Both the position numbers and the translations under genes were made by a program. The notes below the pieces were generated by a model. It saw only the letters and a list, made by a program, of their open reading frames with translations. It was not told where the DNA came from and searched no databases. Positions 14,155 through 22,414 of a DNA stretch of 34,736 bases are shown one piece after another; the stretch's first letter is position 1, and each line of letters starts with the position of its first letter. This stretch comes from a virus (lineage: Duplodnaviria > Heunggongvirae > Uroviricota > Caudoviricetes), in IMG/VR virus record IMGVR_UViG_2734482783_000005. One strand, written 5' to 3'.

Positions 14155-14448
14155 ATGAAAAAAATGTTGTTTTCTGCCGCTCTGGCAATGCTTATTACAG
14201 GATGTGCTCAACAGACGTTTACTGTTGGAAACAAACCGACAGCAGTAACACCAAAGGAAACCATCACCCATCACTTCTTCGTTTCGGGAATTGGACAGGA
14301 GAAAACTGTTGATGCAGCCAAAATTTGTGGCGGCGCAGAAAATGTTGTTAAAACAGAAACCCAGCAAACATTCGTAAATGGATTGCTCGGTTTTATTACT
14401 TTAGGCATTTATACTCCGCTGGAAGCGCGTGTGTATTGCTCACAATAA
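14155..14448 (+). CDS. bor: Bor outer-membrane lipoprotein (Iss-family serum-resistance protein), 97 aa
   Basis: MKKMLFSAALAMLITGCAQQTFTVGNKPTAVTPKETITHHFFVSGIGQEKTVDAAKICGGAENVVKTETQQTFVNGLLGFITLGIYTPLEARVYCSQ; lipobox LITGC; matches lambda Bor and is opposite in orientation to the lysis genes, as in lambda. Confidence 0.9.
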   Translation: MKKMLFSAALAMLITGCAQQTFTVGNKPTAVTPKETITHHFFVSGIGQEKTVDAAKICGGAENVVKTETQQTFVNGLLGFITLGIYTPLEARVYCSQ

Positions 14449-14479
14449 TTGCATGAGTTGCCCATCGATATGGGCAGCT

Positions 14480-14941
14480 CTATCTGCACTGCTCATTAAT
14501 ATACTTCTGGGTTCCTTCCAGTTGTTTTTGCATCGTGATCAGCCTCTCTCTGAGGGTGAAATAATCCCGTTCAGCGGTGTCTGCCAGTCGGGGGGAGGCT
14601 GCATTATCCACGCCGGAGGCGGTGGTGGCTTCACGCACTGACTGACAGACTGCTTTGATGTGCAACCGACGACGACCAGCGGCAACATCATCACGCAGAG
14701 CATCATTTTCAGCTTTCGCATCAGCTAACTCCTTCGTGTATTTTGCATCGAGCGCAGCAACATCACGCTGACGCATCTGCATGTCAGTAATTGCCGCGTT
14801 CGCCAGCTTCAGTTCTCTGGCATTTTTGTCGCGCTGGGCTTTGTAGGTAATGGCGTTATCACGGTAATGATTAACAGCCCATGACAGGCCGACGATGATG
14901 CAGATAACCAGAGCGGAGATAATCGCGGTTACTCTGTTCAT
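14480..14941 (-). CDS. Rz: Spanin, inner-membrane subunit Rz (153 aa from the internal Met)
   Basis: [80 protein letters not shown]...; N-terminal TM helix plus coiled coil; lambda Rz. Confidence 0.9.
   Translation of the reverse strand: MNRVTAIISALVICIIVGLSWAVNHYRDNAITYKAQRDKNARELKLANAAITDMQMRQRDVAALDAKYTKELADAKAENDALRDDVAAGRRRLHIKAVCQSVREATTASGVDNAASPRLADTAERDYFTLRERLITMQKQLEGTQKYINEQCR
14539..14721 (-). CDS. Rz1: Spanin, outer-membrane lipoprotein Rz1 (60 aa), embedded in the +1 frame of Rz
   Basis: [60 protein letters not shown]; lipobox VVGC and Pro-rich body; lambda Rz1. Confidence 0.85.
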   Translation of the reverse strand: MRKLKMMLCVMMLPLVVVGCTSKQSVSQCVKPPPPPAWIMQPPPDWQTPLNGIISPSERG

Positions 14942-15435
14942 TGCTGACCCCACAAACAGATTTCACGCTCAATCTCACGACGAGTCATGAGACCTTTCCA
15001 TTGCTTACCGCCAGCATATGTCCAGCGACGTAGCTGATCACATGCGCCTTTGATATCGCCCTGGTTTATTTTGCGAAGAAGCGTCGATGTTCTGAAATTG
15101 CCAGCACCCACGTTGTAAACGAATGAGTAAAGAGCGCCGCGCATTGTTTCCGGTATATCGACTTTGATGTACGGGTTAATTTGTCTGGCGACCGTGGCAA
15201 GGTCTTTATTCAGGAGGGCTTTGCATTCTGCTTTGGTATACGTTTTACCGAGCATGATGTCTTTTCCTGTATGCCCGTGACATACAGTCCATACACCAAC
15301 AATATCTTTATATGGTATGTAGCTGACACCTTCCAGACCATCGTCACCACTCGGACCAGTGATGAGCACAGACGCTATGGCAACAGCCCCACCACCAATA
15401 GCAGCTGCTACAGCCTTGCGTAATGATGGCGACAT
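14938..15435 (-). CDS. R: SAR endolysin (phage 21 R-type, T4-lysozyme/GH24 fold), 165 aa
   Basis: [85 protein letters not shown]...; Gly/Ala-rich N-terminal signal-anchor-release segment followed by a lysozyme domain. Not the lambda R transglycosylase. Confidence 0.9.
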   Translation of the reverse strand: MSPSLRKAVAAAIGGGAVAIASVLITGPSGDDGLEGVSYIPYKDIVGVWTVCHGHTGKDIMLGKTYTKAECKALLNKDLATVARQINPYIKVDIPETMRGALYSFVYNVGAGNFRTSTLLRKINQGDIKGACDQLRRWTYAGGKQWKGLMTRREIEREICLWGQQ

Positions 15436-15650
15436 TATTCACCTCTCGCAGCCTTACGCTTATCTTCTTTAATCTTGAAATAAAGGTTTGTCAGATAAGT
15501 GAGAAAACCCAACACAAGGCTTCCAAGCACTCCAATCGCCGCCCACTGTGACGGACTGACCTGATCAAGCCACTGTAAAAACCAGTAGCCAGCACTGCCT
15601 GCAGAGGTGCCGTAGGCAATGCCCGTTGTTAACTTGTCCATGGATTTCAT
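15435..15650 (-). CDS. S: Pinholin (phage 21 S-type, class II holin), 71 aa with dual-start motif
   Basis: [71 protein letters not shown]; two TM helices; Met1 and Met4 give the antiholin/holin pair described for S21. Confidence 0.9.
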   Translation of the reverse strand: MKSMDKLTTGIAYGTSAGSAGYWFLQWLDQVSPSQWAAIGVLGSLVLGFLTYLTNLYFKIKEDKRKAARGE

Positions 15651-15725
15651 AGCCTCACCTCCGCGAATAACGGATGGTGTACACGGTTTGGAATGAAAGA
15701 GGGAAAGATACAGAAGTTACATTAG

Positions 15726-15755
15726 AAAAGAAAAACGCCAGCGATTATTCTGGCG
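15726..15755 (-). terminator. Intrinsic terminator downstream of the AraC-family gene
   Basis: Minus-strand hairpin CGCCAG/CTGGCG (plus-strand 15736..15741 pairing with 15750..15755) followed by a T-run (plus-strand A-run 15726..15735). Confidence 0.55.
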
Positions 15756-15817
15756 TAGCTGAAAGCATCATATAATCATCAAATATGAAAATTACAAAAT
15801 CATCAAAACGCATCACG

Positions 15818-16558
15818 TTACATCTTGCCTTTTTCTAAAAAAAATCTTGATGAATATTCATGGGGGGGAACACCAAAATATCTTCTGAAAACGCTTATAA
15901 AATATGACGCGCTTTCATAACCACATATTTTAGCAACTTTCCCAACAGGATAGAAATTGTAACTTAATAACCTTTCAGCCATCACCATTCGTTCTTCAAG
16001 AATTAATTTGCTAAATGATAAGCCTTCGTGTTTTAGTTTTCTTTTTAACAAACTTTCACTCAGACATAGTCTTGAAGAAATATCACAAAGTCTCCATGCT
16101 GCAGATATGTCCGAGTGAATAATAGCCTTAACTTTGCTTCCTAAACTATTAAGACACCCAAACAAAAAACTCTGAAACATTTTTTCCGAGGATAAAATAG
16201 CAAGACATGCAAATAATATTGAATTTTTAACTACAGCCGTAGTTTCACCATCACAATTCAAGCAACCTATCAAGTTCTTTAACAATGAATAGTCTGTACA
16301 GTTTACTATCAAGTATGCTGAATAAAATCTTCTTACAGAAAAAGGTGAGAGTGTATTGTTTTTAAAGAAGTCATTAACTGTTTTCTCTTCAATATCCACG
16401 ATCATTATATTATCTTTATTTGAAGAAAAGAAAACTTTTAAATTGTATTCTATAGCAACAACACTTCCTTTTTTTAGAGAGATTTTTTCTTTACCAAGCC
16501 GGATATCAAACGAGTTCAAAACCAAAATGATAGAACATATGCATGGCATATCATCCAC
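15818..16558 (-). CDS. AraC/XylS-family transcriptional regulator (cargo gene)
   Basis: 246-aa ORF with C-terminal AraC-type HTH (...KVAKICGYESASYFISVFRRYFGVPPHEYSSRF); the sequence is visibly AT-rich compared with flanking phage genes; start codon uncertain. Confidence 0.8.
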   Translation of the reverse strand: MDDMPCICSIILVLNSFDIRLGKEKISLKKGSVVAIEYNLKVFFSSNKDNIMIVDIEEKTVNDFFKNNTLSPFSVRRFYSAYLIVNCTDYSLLKNLIGCLNCDGETTAVVKNSILFACLAILSSEKMFQSFLFGCLNSLGSKVKAIIHSDISAAWRLCDISSRLCLSESLLKRKLKHEGLSFSKLILEERMVMAERLLSYNFYPVGKVAKICGYESASYFISVFRRYFGVPPHEYSSRFFLEKGKM

Positions 16559-16867
16559 CTGACATAATTAGATTTGAGTTAAGTAAGTATAGGTGGAAAT
16601 ATTAAAATTGCCATATTTTCAATGAGAAAAATCTCATTACATCATCATGAACTTTGATATTTTCTTTAAAATATTTATGTAATACTAGATTAAACAGAAC
16701 TATTTTTGGCTTGCTTGATTATTAATCATTAATTAACATATTAACATTACCTTAAGCATGAACCGAATTTTTTTACAAACTGTACAACTATAGATATCAT
16801 AGTGAAGTTTTTACGATTGTAAACATTCTCTAAGGAGAAAATCATCTTGTTGGTGCATTCCAAACGC

Positions 16868-17827
16868 CTAGTTCACCAAGAGTCTTAGAGCCAGTTCATC
16901 AGGATAGGGGTGGAAGTAATTCTGTATAAGCAAATAATCATCAGGATACTCTGCCAAGTAATGCTTCAGCAAAGTTAATGGCGCAAGAAGAGGTAGCGTG
17001 CCAGCTCGATAGTTAAGTATAACATCGCTCAACTCTTTACGCTGACGTGTATTTAAGCAGTTACTAAAATATCCCTGTATATGCATCAGCACATTCGTGT
17101 GATTTTTACGTGATGCAGGTTTTCTGAGAATCGCCATCAGCTTCTCACGATACACCTCAAAGTATGATTCAAGGTCTGCCCACTCATGTATTGCAGCCAC
17201 AAATGGCCCCATCTCTTTATAACCGGCCTGGCTATGCGCCAACAACTGAAGCTTATAACGGCTATGAAAAGCTAATAATTCCCTTCTTGATAATTTCGCT
17301 TTATAAAGATGATTGAGCTCATGTAAAGCAAATACTCTTTCAACAAAGTTTTCACGAAGCACTGGATCATGTAGTCGCCCATCCTCTTCAACCGGTAGCC
17401 AGGAAAACCTTTCCATCAACGTGCTCGTAAATAGTCCCACTCCATCTTTACGACCACGATTACCATTTTCATCATATACACGCACGCGTTCCATACCACA
17501 GCTAGGAGATTTTGCACAAACCACAAATCCCGATACATCCTTTAATTTGTCAAGATAAGAACGACTAAACTCTGTCATTTTCTCTGTAACATCCTCATTC
17601 TGGTCGTGGCTGAAACACATCCGTATATTTCCTTGCGCCGAGCGAACAAGACGTAGAGCAGGACGCGGAACTGGAAGCCCTATAGCCATTTCCGGACATA
17701 CTGGTTTGAATGTTACCCATTCCAGTAATTTGTCCATTAAAAAGCTAGCTCTTTTGTGACCACCATCAAAACGGACAGAAGAACCGGCCAAACAACCACT
17801 GATCCCAACGACAGGTTTTTTTATCAT
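16868..17827 (-). CDS. DUF523 (TudS-type [4Fe-4S] desulfidase) fused to DUF1722; RudS-like thiouridine desulfidase candidate (319 aa)
   Basis: N-terminus MIKKPVVGISGCLAGSSVRFDGGHKRASF has the DUF523 signature (G-x-S-x-C-L-x-G...VR-x-DGGHK); further Cys at VCPEM and CAKSPSCGMERV; the C-terminal half resembles YbgA/DUF1722. Confidence 0.7.
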   Translation of the reverse strand: MIKKPVVGISGCLAGSSVRFDGGHKRASFLMDKLLEWVTFKPVCPEMAIGLPVPRPALRLVRSAQGNIRMCFSHDQNEDVTEKMTEFSRSYLDKLKDVSGFVVCAKSPSCGMERVRVYDENGNRGRKDGVGLFTSTLMERFSWLPVEEDGRLHDPVLRENFVERVFALHELNHLYKAKLSRRELLAFHSRYKLQLLAHSQAGYKEMGPFVAAIHEWADLESYFEVYREKLMAILRKPASRKNHTNVLMHIQGYFSNCLNTRQRKELSDVILNYRAGTLPLLAPLTLLKHYLAEYPDDYLLIQNYFHPYPDELALRLLVN

Positions 17828-18019
17828 TGCCTACCCCTTGACTAATTCATTAACAGGTTAACAGTGTAGTACACGACCTAAACTGCCTTTCTGCCGTCAT
17901 CACTGACAATTTTTTTGTTATGGACTATTCCTAATATAGTAGGAAAGTTCTTTAAGTGATCGGTAGTAATCATCTATCTTTAATACTTACTCTCAACTAT
18001 CAAAAGTACAGGATATATT

Positions 18020-18544
18020 ATGAAGTTATGGCCTGTGTTGACTGGCATTGCACTCTCTTTCACTCTGATAGCATGTAAGGCCCCGACACCACCTAAAGGT
18101 GTGCAGCCGATTACAAATTTTGACACCAACCGCTACCTCGGAAAATGGTATGAAATAGCTCGGCTTGAGAACCGATTTGAACGTGGTCTGGAACAGGTCA
18201 GCGCCACTTATGGGAAACGGAACGACGGAGGGATTAGTGTACTTAATCGTGGATATGACCCAACGAAAAACAAATGGAGCGAGAGCGAAGGTAAAGCATA
18301 CTTTACAGGAGATAATACAACTGCAGCGTTGAAGGTTTCGTTTTTTGGCCCCTTCTATGGTGGCTATAATGTAATCAAACTGGATGATGAGTATAAGTAT
18401 GCTCTTGTCAGTGGTCCGAACAGAGAATACCTATGGATTCTGGCACGGACTCCAACTATTCCAGATAATGTAAAAGCAGACTATGTGCGTACTGCTCAAA
18501 AATTGGGATTCAATGTCAATGAACTATTATGGGTCAAACAATAA
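18020..18544 (+). CDS. Bacterial lipocalin Blc-like outer-membrane lipoprotein (174 aa)
   Basis: MKLWPVLTGIALSFTLIACKAPTPPKGVQPITNFDTNRYLGKWYEIARLENRFERGLEQVSATYGKRNDGGISVLNRGYDP...KAYFTGDNTTAALKVSFFGPFYGGYNVIKLDDEYKYALVSGPNREYLWILARTPTI; lipobox LIAC and the lipocalin signature G-x-W-Y-E-I-A-R, closely resembling E. coli Blc. Confidence 0.85.
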   Translation: MKLWPVLTGIALSFTLIACKAPTPPKGVQPITNFDTNRYLGKWYEIARLENRFERGLEQVSATYGKRNDGGISVLNRGYDPTKNKWSESEGKAYFTGDNTTAALKVSFFGPFYGGYNVIKLDDEYKYALVSGPNREYLWILARTPTIPDNVKADYVRTAQKLGFNVNELLWVKQ

Positions 18545-18571
18545 AATACCTAACCGGATTGATACTTATTA

Positions 18572-18601
18572 GAAAAAAAAACCAGCCTTTGGGGAGGCTG
18601 G
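18572..18601 (-). terminator. Intrinsic terminator downstream of Q, candidate tR'
   Basis: Minus-strand hairpin CCAGCCT/AGGCTGG (plus-strand 18582..18588 and 18595..18601) followed by a run of nine T (plus-strand A-run 18573..18581); about 100 nt downstream of the Q stop. Confidence 0.55.
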
Positions 18602-18650
18602 CTAAATCAGGGAACAAGCTGTTATATGATCATAACTACGTTGCGATTCT

Positions 18651-18690
18651 AACATTTGAAACATTAGTCTAATGATAACCAGACAGCAAC
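18651..18690 (-). promoter_or_regulatory. Candidate late promoter PR' (-35 TTGCTG, 17-nt spacer, -10 TAATGT)
   Basis: Minus-strand reading places TTGCTG (plus 18685..18690) and TAATGT (plus 18651..18656) between the Q stop and the candidate tR'. Assigned by position and hexamer match only. Confidence 0.35.
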
Positions 18691-18701
18691 TTTTCCTTTA
18701 A

Positions 18702-19079
18702 TTATCTCAAACAATCAGCATCCATCTCCAATCTGAGATCCAACACCATCAGCATGCCCTCCACTACGCCCTCAGCTTTTTGGAGCATCCTGCCAATCCA
18801 ACAATCAGATCTACCATGCTTACGCGCAAGCGCCATAAAAGTCATGCCGCCGACATAATAGTCCACTAACAAATCATGCAAATCGCTGTTGTTATTTTTC
18901 AGACGGGCCATGCACCCGCAAATGATCATCGCGTCATCGTCACAACATTGCGGACGAGATTTTACTTTTGAAGGAATTAATCCCTTAAAACCGGCGGCAA
19001 TGGACGACCAGGTCACATCTTCATGATTATTAGCCGCCCACGCTCCCCAACGCTCAAGAACCATCTGAATATCACGCAT
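18702..19079 (-). CDS. Q: Late antitermination protein Q (non-lambda type, resembling DLP12 QuuD)
   Basis: [88 protein letters not shown]...; Cys-rich zinc-binding region; start placed at the Met with a GGAG Shine-Dalgarno (track ORF starts 5 codons earlier). Confidence 0.85.
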   Translation of the reverse strand: MRDIQMVLERWGAWAANNHEDVTWSSIAAGFKGLIPSKVKSRPQCCDDDAMIICGCMARLKNNNSDLHDLLVDYYVGGMTFMALARKHGRSDCWIGRMLQKAEGVVEGMLMVLDLRLEMDADCLR

Positions 19080-19301
19080 CAACTTACTCCACAAAAATCA
19101 GACCAGAACGCCAATTACAAGCAAAAATCAGCAAAACAGTATTAGTTGATTGTTATCTCTGGCTTCATACTCCTGCTCCTGTCAGTGTTTTGGCTTAATT
19201 CTTCAGTATTCGGTAATCGGTCAAAACAGAACCGGGGAAACGATATAAGCGCAGACGCCCCCAGCGGTGGCGAAGACGTTCTGCCATATAAAACTCAAAC
19301 A

Positions 19302-19664
19302 TCATTCATTCCCCATTTCGGTGATGGTCAGTTCCAGCCTCCCACCTTTGGTAACAGGCATCTTCACAACGCGGTAATCAACGACCTGAGCATCATCCAG
19401 CCAGAAACCTGCTTTAGTGAGTGCGTCAAAAGCGGCTTTTTGCAGATTATCCAGGTCACGGCGACGGCGATCCGGCATGTGGCACTCAATGCGGATTTTC
19501 ACAGGCATCGCCAGGCCGATATCCAGCATTGCGTTTTTAATGATTCGGGCGACGTTATCGCGGTATGCCTGCCCCTCTGCGCTGACGTGCGTGCGCCCGC
19601 GATTATGGCGATAATAGCGATTATTGCTCGGAGGCCAGGGTAGTGTGATGTGGTAAGTATTCAC
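19302..19664 (-). CDS. rusA: RusA Holliday-junction resolvase (120 aa)
   Basis: [120 protein letters not shown]; near-identical to DLP12 RusA as I recall it. Confidence 0.9.
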   Translation of the reverse strand: MNTYHITLPWPPSNNRYYRHNRGRTHVSAEGQAYRDNVARIIKNAMLDIGLAMPVKIRIECHMPDRRRRDLDNLQKAAFDALTKAGFWLDDAQVVDYRVVKMPVTKGGRLELTITEMGNE

Positions 19665-19870
19665 GCCTTAATTACCCCCTCTTTCAGCCAGATAACCTGC
19701 GTTCTCGCCATACCTTCCCGCGCGCATTCTTTTGCATATGCAGCATCGACTTGCTTGGCATGCCCTTTACCGGCAATCTTCTGTATGCGCTAAACCTAGA
19801 TAGAATCCACTCTGTGCACATTGAAGCCCGCTCTATGCTTCCTTTCAGGTATTGAAGGGATTGAGATGGG

Positions 19871-20254
19871 CTAAGCATTATTGGCCTCCTGCATCAGGAG
19901 AAAGACAATCATGGCGGCGCGGAGAGGTCTGGTATCAAATATTGGGCTTACGCCTTTTGCATCCACACACCATTCAGTTAACTGGTCTAAGATAGAAATC
20001 CTGTATTTCTCAATAATCGGCCATGAAGCGCTCGGATCATTGCAGTAGTCAGGCAAATGATTTAATGGCTCAAAAGTTGTATCAGCATTTCCGTAATACC
20101 ATTTGTTGGTGTTATTCCCTGATGTTTCCGGTTTACTTGCCCAAAGGCCTTTAAAAATTATGTCTCCTACCATTCTGTTAATTTCAAAATCACTTAACTG
20201 TGAATAATCCATTGTCATTTCCTCGCACGATATCTTAGCCACCGGATATCCCAC
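19871..20254 (-). CDS. Hypothetical nin-region protein (possibly NinX/DUF2591-like)
   Basis: 127-aa ORF ...[82 protein letters not shown]...; syntenic with nin genes; family assignment is from memory and uncertain. Confidence 0.45.
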   Translation of the reverse strand: MGYPVAKISCEEMTMDYSQLSDFEINRMVGDIIFKGLWASKPETSGNNTNKWYYGNADTTFEPLNHLPDYCNDPSASWPIIEKYRISILDQLTEWCVDAKGVSPIFDTRPLRAAMIVFLLMQEANNA

Positions 20255-20391
20255 AGGTGAGCTGTGTAATTGAAGGTTTTTACGTCAGATTCTTTTGGGA
20301 TTGGCTTGCGTTTATTTCTGGAGCGTTTCGTTGGAAGGTATTTGCAGTTTTCGCAGATGATGTCGGTGAAACTTCGTCGCTGTCGCCTCAT
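20215..20391 (-). CDS. ninE: NinE (58 aa)
   Basis: [58 protein letters not shown] matches lambda NinE; the start ATG overlaps the stop of the upstream methyltransferase gene (ATGA). Confidence 0.8.
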   Translation of the reverse strand: MRRQRRSFTDIICENCKYLPTKRSRNKRKPIPKESDVKTFNYTAHLWDIRWLRYRARK

Positions 20392-20915
20392 GCCGCCCTC
20401 CTGACGCCCTGCCCGATCGCCATCAATGCCGCTTTGGATACGGTAGTAAACATCCGTCGAGGACTGATGAACGGTCGCCAAATCAGCAGCATGGAGCCTT
20501 TGCTGTTTCCCTTCTTCTCCAGCCCTGTCGATGGTTCGATAAAATTAATCCGTCCATCAGTGATAATGCGAACTTCGTCGACACTCTCCAGAGCCTTGCT
20601 GAACCATCCGACTGACATATCCTCTGGCACAAGCATAACTACCGTCTGTCGCTGTTGTATGCACTGCTCAGCGGCTTTTTCCACCCACGGCCTGATATTG
20701 CTGTACGGTGGGTTATTCCAGATTGCACCGTGGCTTACCCACTCAGAATTGAGCGCGTCGTCGGCCTCAGTTAGCCAGTGAGCACACAGAGCATTTTTGT
20801 CGCTCGCTGCCGAATCCAGCCAGAATCCAAACTCAATATCCAGTGCATCAAAAAGCCAAAGCGGCGTTTGCCAGCAGTCCTTGTCGTGTGCTGGCGTATT
20901 TGATTTGATAGTCAT
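20388..20915 (-). CDS. Phage orphan DNA N6-adenine methyltransferase (about 175 aa)
   Basis: [73 protein letters not shown]...; NPPY catalytic motif; start ATG overlaps the ninB stop (ATGA). Confidence 0.8.
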   Translation of the reverse strand: MTIKSNTPAHDKDCWQTPLWLFDALDIEFGFWLDSAASDKNALCAHWLTEADDALNSEWVSHGAIWNNPPYSNIRPWVEKAAEQCIQQRQTVVMLVPEDMSVGWFSKALESVDEVRIITDGRINFIEPSTGLEKKGNSKGSMLLIWRPFISPRRMFTTVSKAALMAIGQGVRRAA

Positions 20916-21352
20916 GCAGCCCGATCTCCCCATCTCGCTTTCCACTCCAGAGCCAGTCTCGCTTCGTCTGACCACTTAACGCCACGCTCTGTACCGAATG
21001 CCTGTATAAGCTCTAATAGCTCCGCAAATTCGCCTACACGCATCCTGCTGGTTGACTGGCCTATTACCACAAAGCCATTCCCGGCAAGGTTAGGAACAAC
21101 ATCCTGCTGCTTTAATGCTGCGGTAAACACACACTTCCAGCTTTCTGCATCCAGCCAGCGACCATGCCATTCAACCTGACGAGAGACGTCACCTAAGCAG
21201 GCCCATAGCTTCCTGTTTTGGTCTAAGCTGCGGTTGCGTTCCTGAATGGTTACTACGATTGGTTTGGTTGGGTCTGGAAGGATTTGCTGTACTGCGTGAA
21301 TAGCGTTTTGCTGATGTGCTGGAGATCGAATTTCAAAGGTTAGTTTTTTCAT
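20912..21352 (-). CDS. ninB: NinB recombination protein (146 aa)
   Basis: [146 protein letters not shown]; lambda NinB. Confidence 0.9.
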   Translation of the reverse strand: MKKLTFEIRSPAHQQNAIHAVQQILPDPTKPIVVTIQERNRSLDQNRKLWACLGDVSRQVEWHGRWLDAESWKCVFTAALKQQDVVPNLAGNGFVVIGQSTSRMRVGEFAELLELIQAFGTERGVKWSDEARLALEWKARWGDRAA

Positions 21353-21425
21353 GACTTCCCTCTCCCCCAAATAAAAAGGCCTGCGATTACCAGCAGGCCT
21401 GTTATTAGCTCAGTAATGTAGATGG

Positions 21426-21716
21426 TCATCTTTTAACTCCATATACCGCCAATACCCGTTTCATCGCGGCACTCTGGCGACACTCCTTAAAAATCAGGTT
21501 CGTGCTCATCTTTCCTTCCCGTTCTTCCTTGGTAGCAAACCGGTAATACACCGTTCGCCAGACCTTACCTTCGATAACCAGAAGACCTGCCCGTGCCATT
21601 TTAGCCGCGGCCTGATTTATGCTGGTTACTGTTGCGCCTGTTAGCGCGGCAACGTCCGGCGCACAGAAGCTATTATGCGTCCCCAGGTAATGAATAATTG
21701 CCTCTTTGCCCGTCAT
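21426..21716 (-). CDS. ren: Ren (96 aa)
   Basis: MTGKEAIIHYLGTHNSFCAPDVAALTGATVTSINQAAAKMARAGLLVIEGKVWRTVYYRFATKEEREGKMSTNLIFKECRQSAAMKRVLAVYGVKR; lambda Ren. Confidence 0.9.
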   Translation of the reverse strand: MTGKEAIIHYLGTHNSFCAPDVAALTGATVTSINQAAAKMARAGLLVIEGKVWRTVYYRFATKEEREGKMSTNLIFKECRQSAAMKRVLAVYGVKR

Positions 21717-22414
21717 ACACTTGCTCCTTTCAGTCCGAACTTAGCTTTGATTTCTGCGATCTTCGCCAGAGCCTGTGCGCGATTTAGAGGTCTACCGCCC
21801 ATGACAGGAAGTTGTTTTACTGGTTCAGGGATCGCCTCACCACGGTTAATTCTCGCAGTCATATGGACAAGCTCATCTGCGGCCTTACGGCGTAATTCCG
21901 CATCAGTAAGCGCATTGGCCCGCATGTTCTGATACAGGTTGGTAACCAGCCAGTAGTGCGCATTTGATTTCCACGGATAAGACTCCGCATCCGGATACAG
22001 GCCTCGCTTCCGGCAATACTCGTAAACCATATCAACCAGCTCGCTGACGTTTGGCAGTCCGGCGATAACGGATGCTTCTTCCCGGCACCATGCAACAAAC
22101 TGCCCGGGTGATGGCAGAAATGGTCGATTCTGCCGACGGGCTACGCGCATTCCTGCGTTAACCTGTTCCATTGTGGTGATCCCGTTTTCCCGGAAAGCCA
22201 GAACCCACTGGCGGCGGATTTCGTTCAGTTCGTTCTGGTCACGGTTAGCCAGGCTCGCCGGGAAAGTTGCCAGTAACTGGCTGAACACACCGTTGATGAT
22301 CTGCGCTACCTGCTGTACCTGCGGCTTTTCGTCGTACTGTTCCGGCATGTTGTTGGCGATCCGACGCATCTGCTCACGGTCAAAGTTAACCATCTGTGCG
22401 GCGATGTTTTTCAT
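21713..22414 (-). CDS. P: Replication protein P (DnaB helicase loader), 233 aa
   Basis: MKNIAAQMVNFDREQMRRIANNMPEQYDEKPQVQQVAQIINGVFSQLLATFPASLANRDQNELNEIRRQWVLAFRENGITTMEQVNAGMRVARRQNRPFLPSPGQFVAWCREEA...; lambda P. Confidence 0.95.
   Translation of the reverse strand: MKNIAAQMVNFDREQMRRIANNMPEQYDEKPQVQQVAQIINGVFSQLLATFPASLANRDQNELNEIRRQWVLAFRENGITTMEQVNAGMRVARRQNRPFLPSPGQFVAWCREEASVIAGLPNVSELVDMVYEYCRKRGLYPDAESYPWKSNAHYWLVTNLYQNMRANALTDAELRRKAADELVHMTARINRGEAIPEPVKQLPVMGGRPLNRAQALAKIAEIKAKFGLKGASV

Noticed and set aside
14449-14480. Palindrome GCCCAT-cgat-ATGGGC between bor and Rz as a possible bidirectional terminator
   Set aside because: No T-run follows the hairpin on either strand, so it is not a convincing intrinsic terminator; it may simply be a convergent-gene spacer.
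15651-18700. Search for tRNA genes in the Q-to-S interval, where Stx-type phages often carry them
   Set aside because: The intergenic stretches are AT-rich and contain no obvious tRNA-like sequence by eye; without a tRNA-scanning tool this is a negative by inspection only.
19146-19643. 165-aa plus-strand ORF
   Set aside because: Antisense to rusA, whose translation is near-identical to the known RusA protein.
19684-19878. 64-aa minus-strand ORF between the NinX-like gene and rusA
   Set aside because: Basic, low-complexity translation, no recognisable Shine-Dalgarno or motif; it might be a real small nin-region gene, but I cannot support it from sequence alone.
20257-20781. 174-aa plus-strand ORF
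   Set aside because: Antisense to the methyltransferase and ninE genes.
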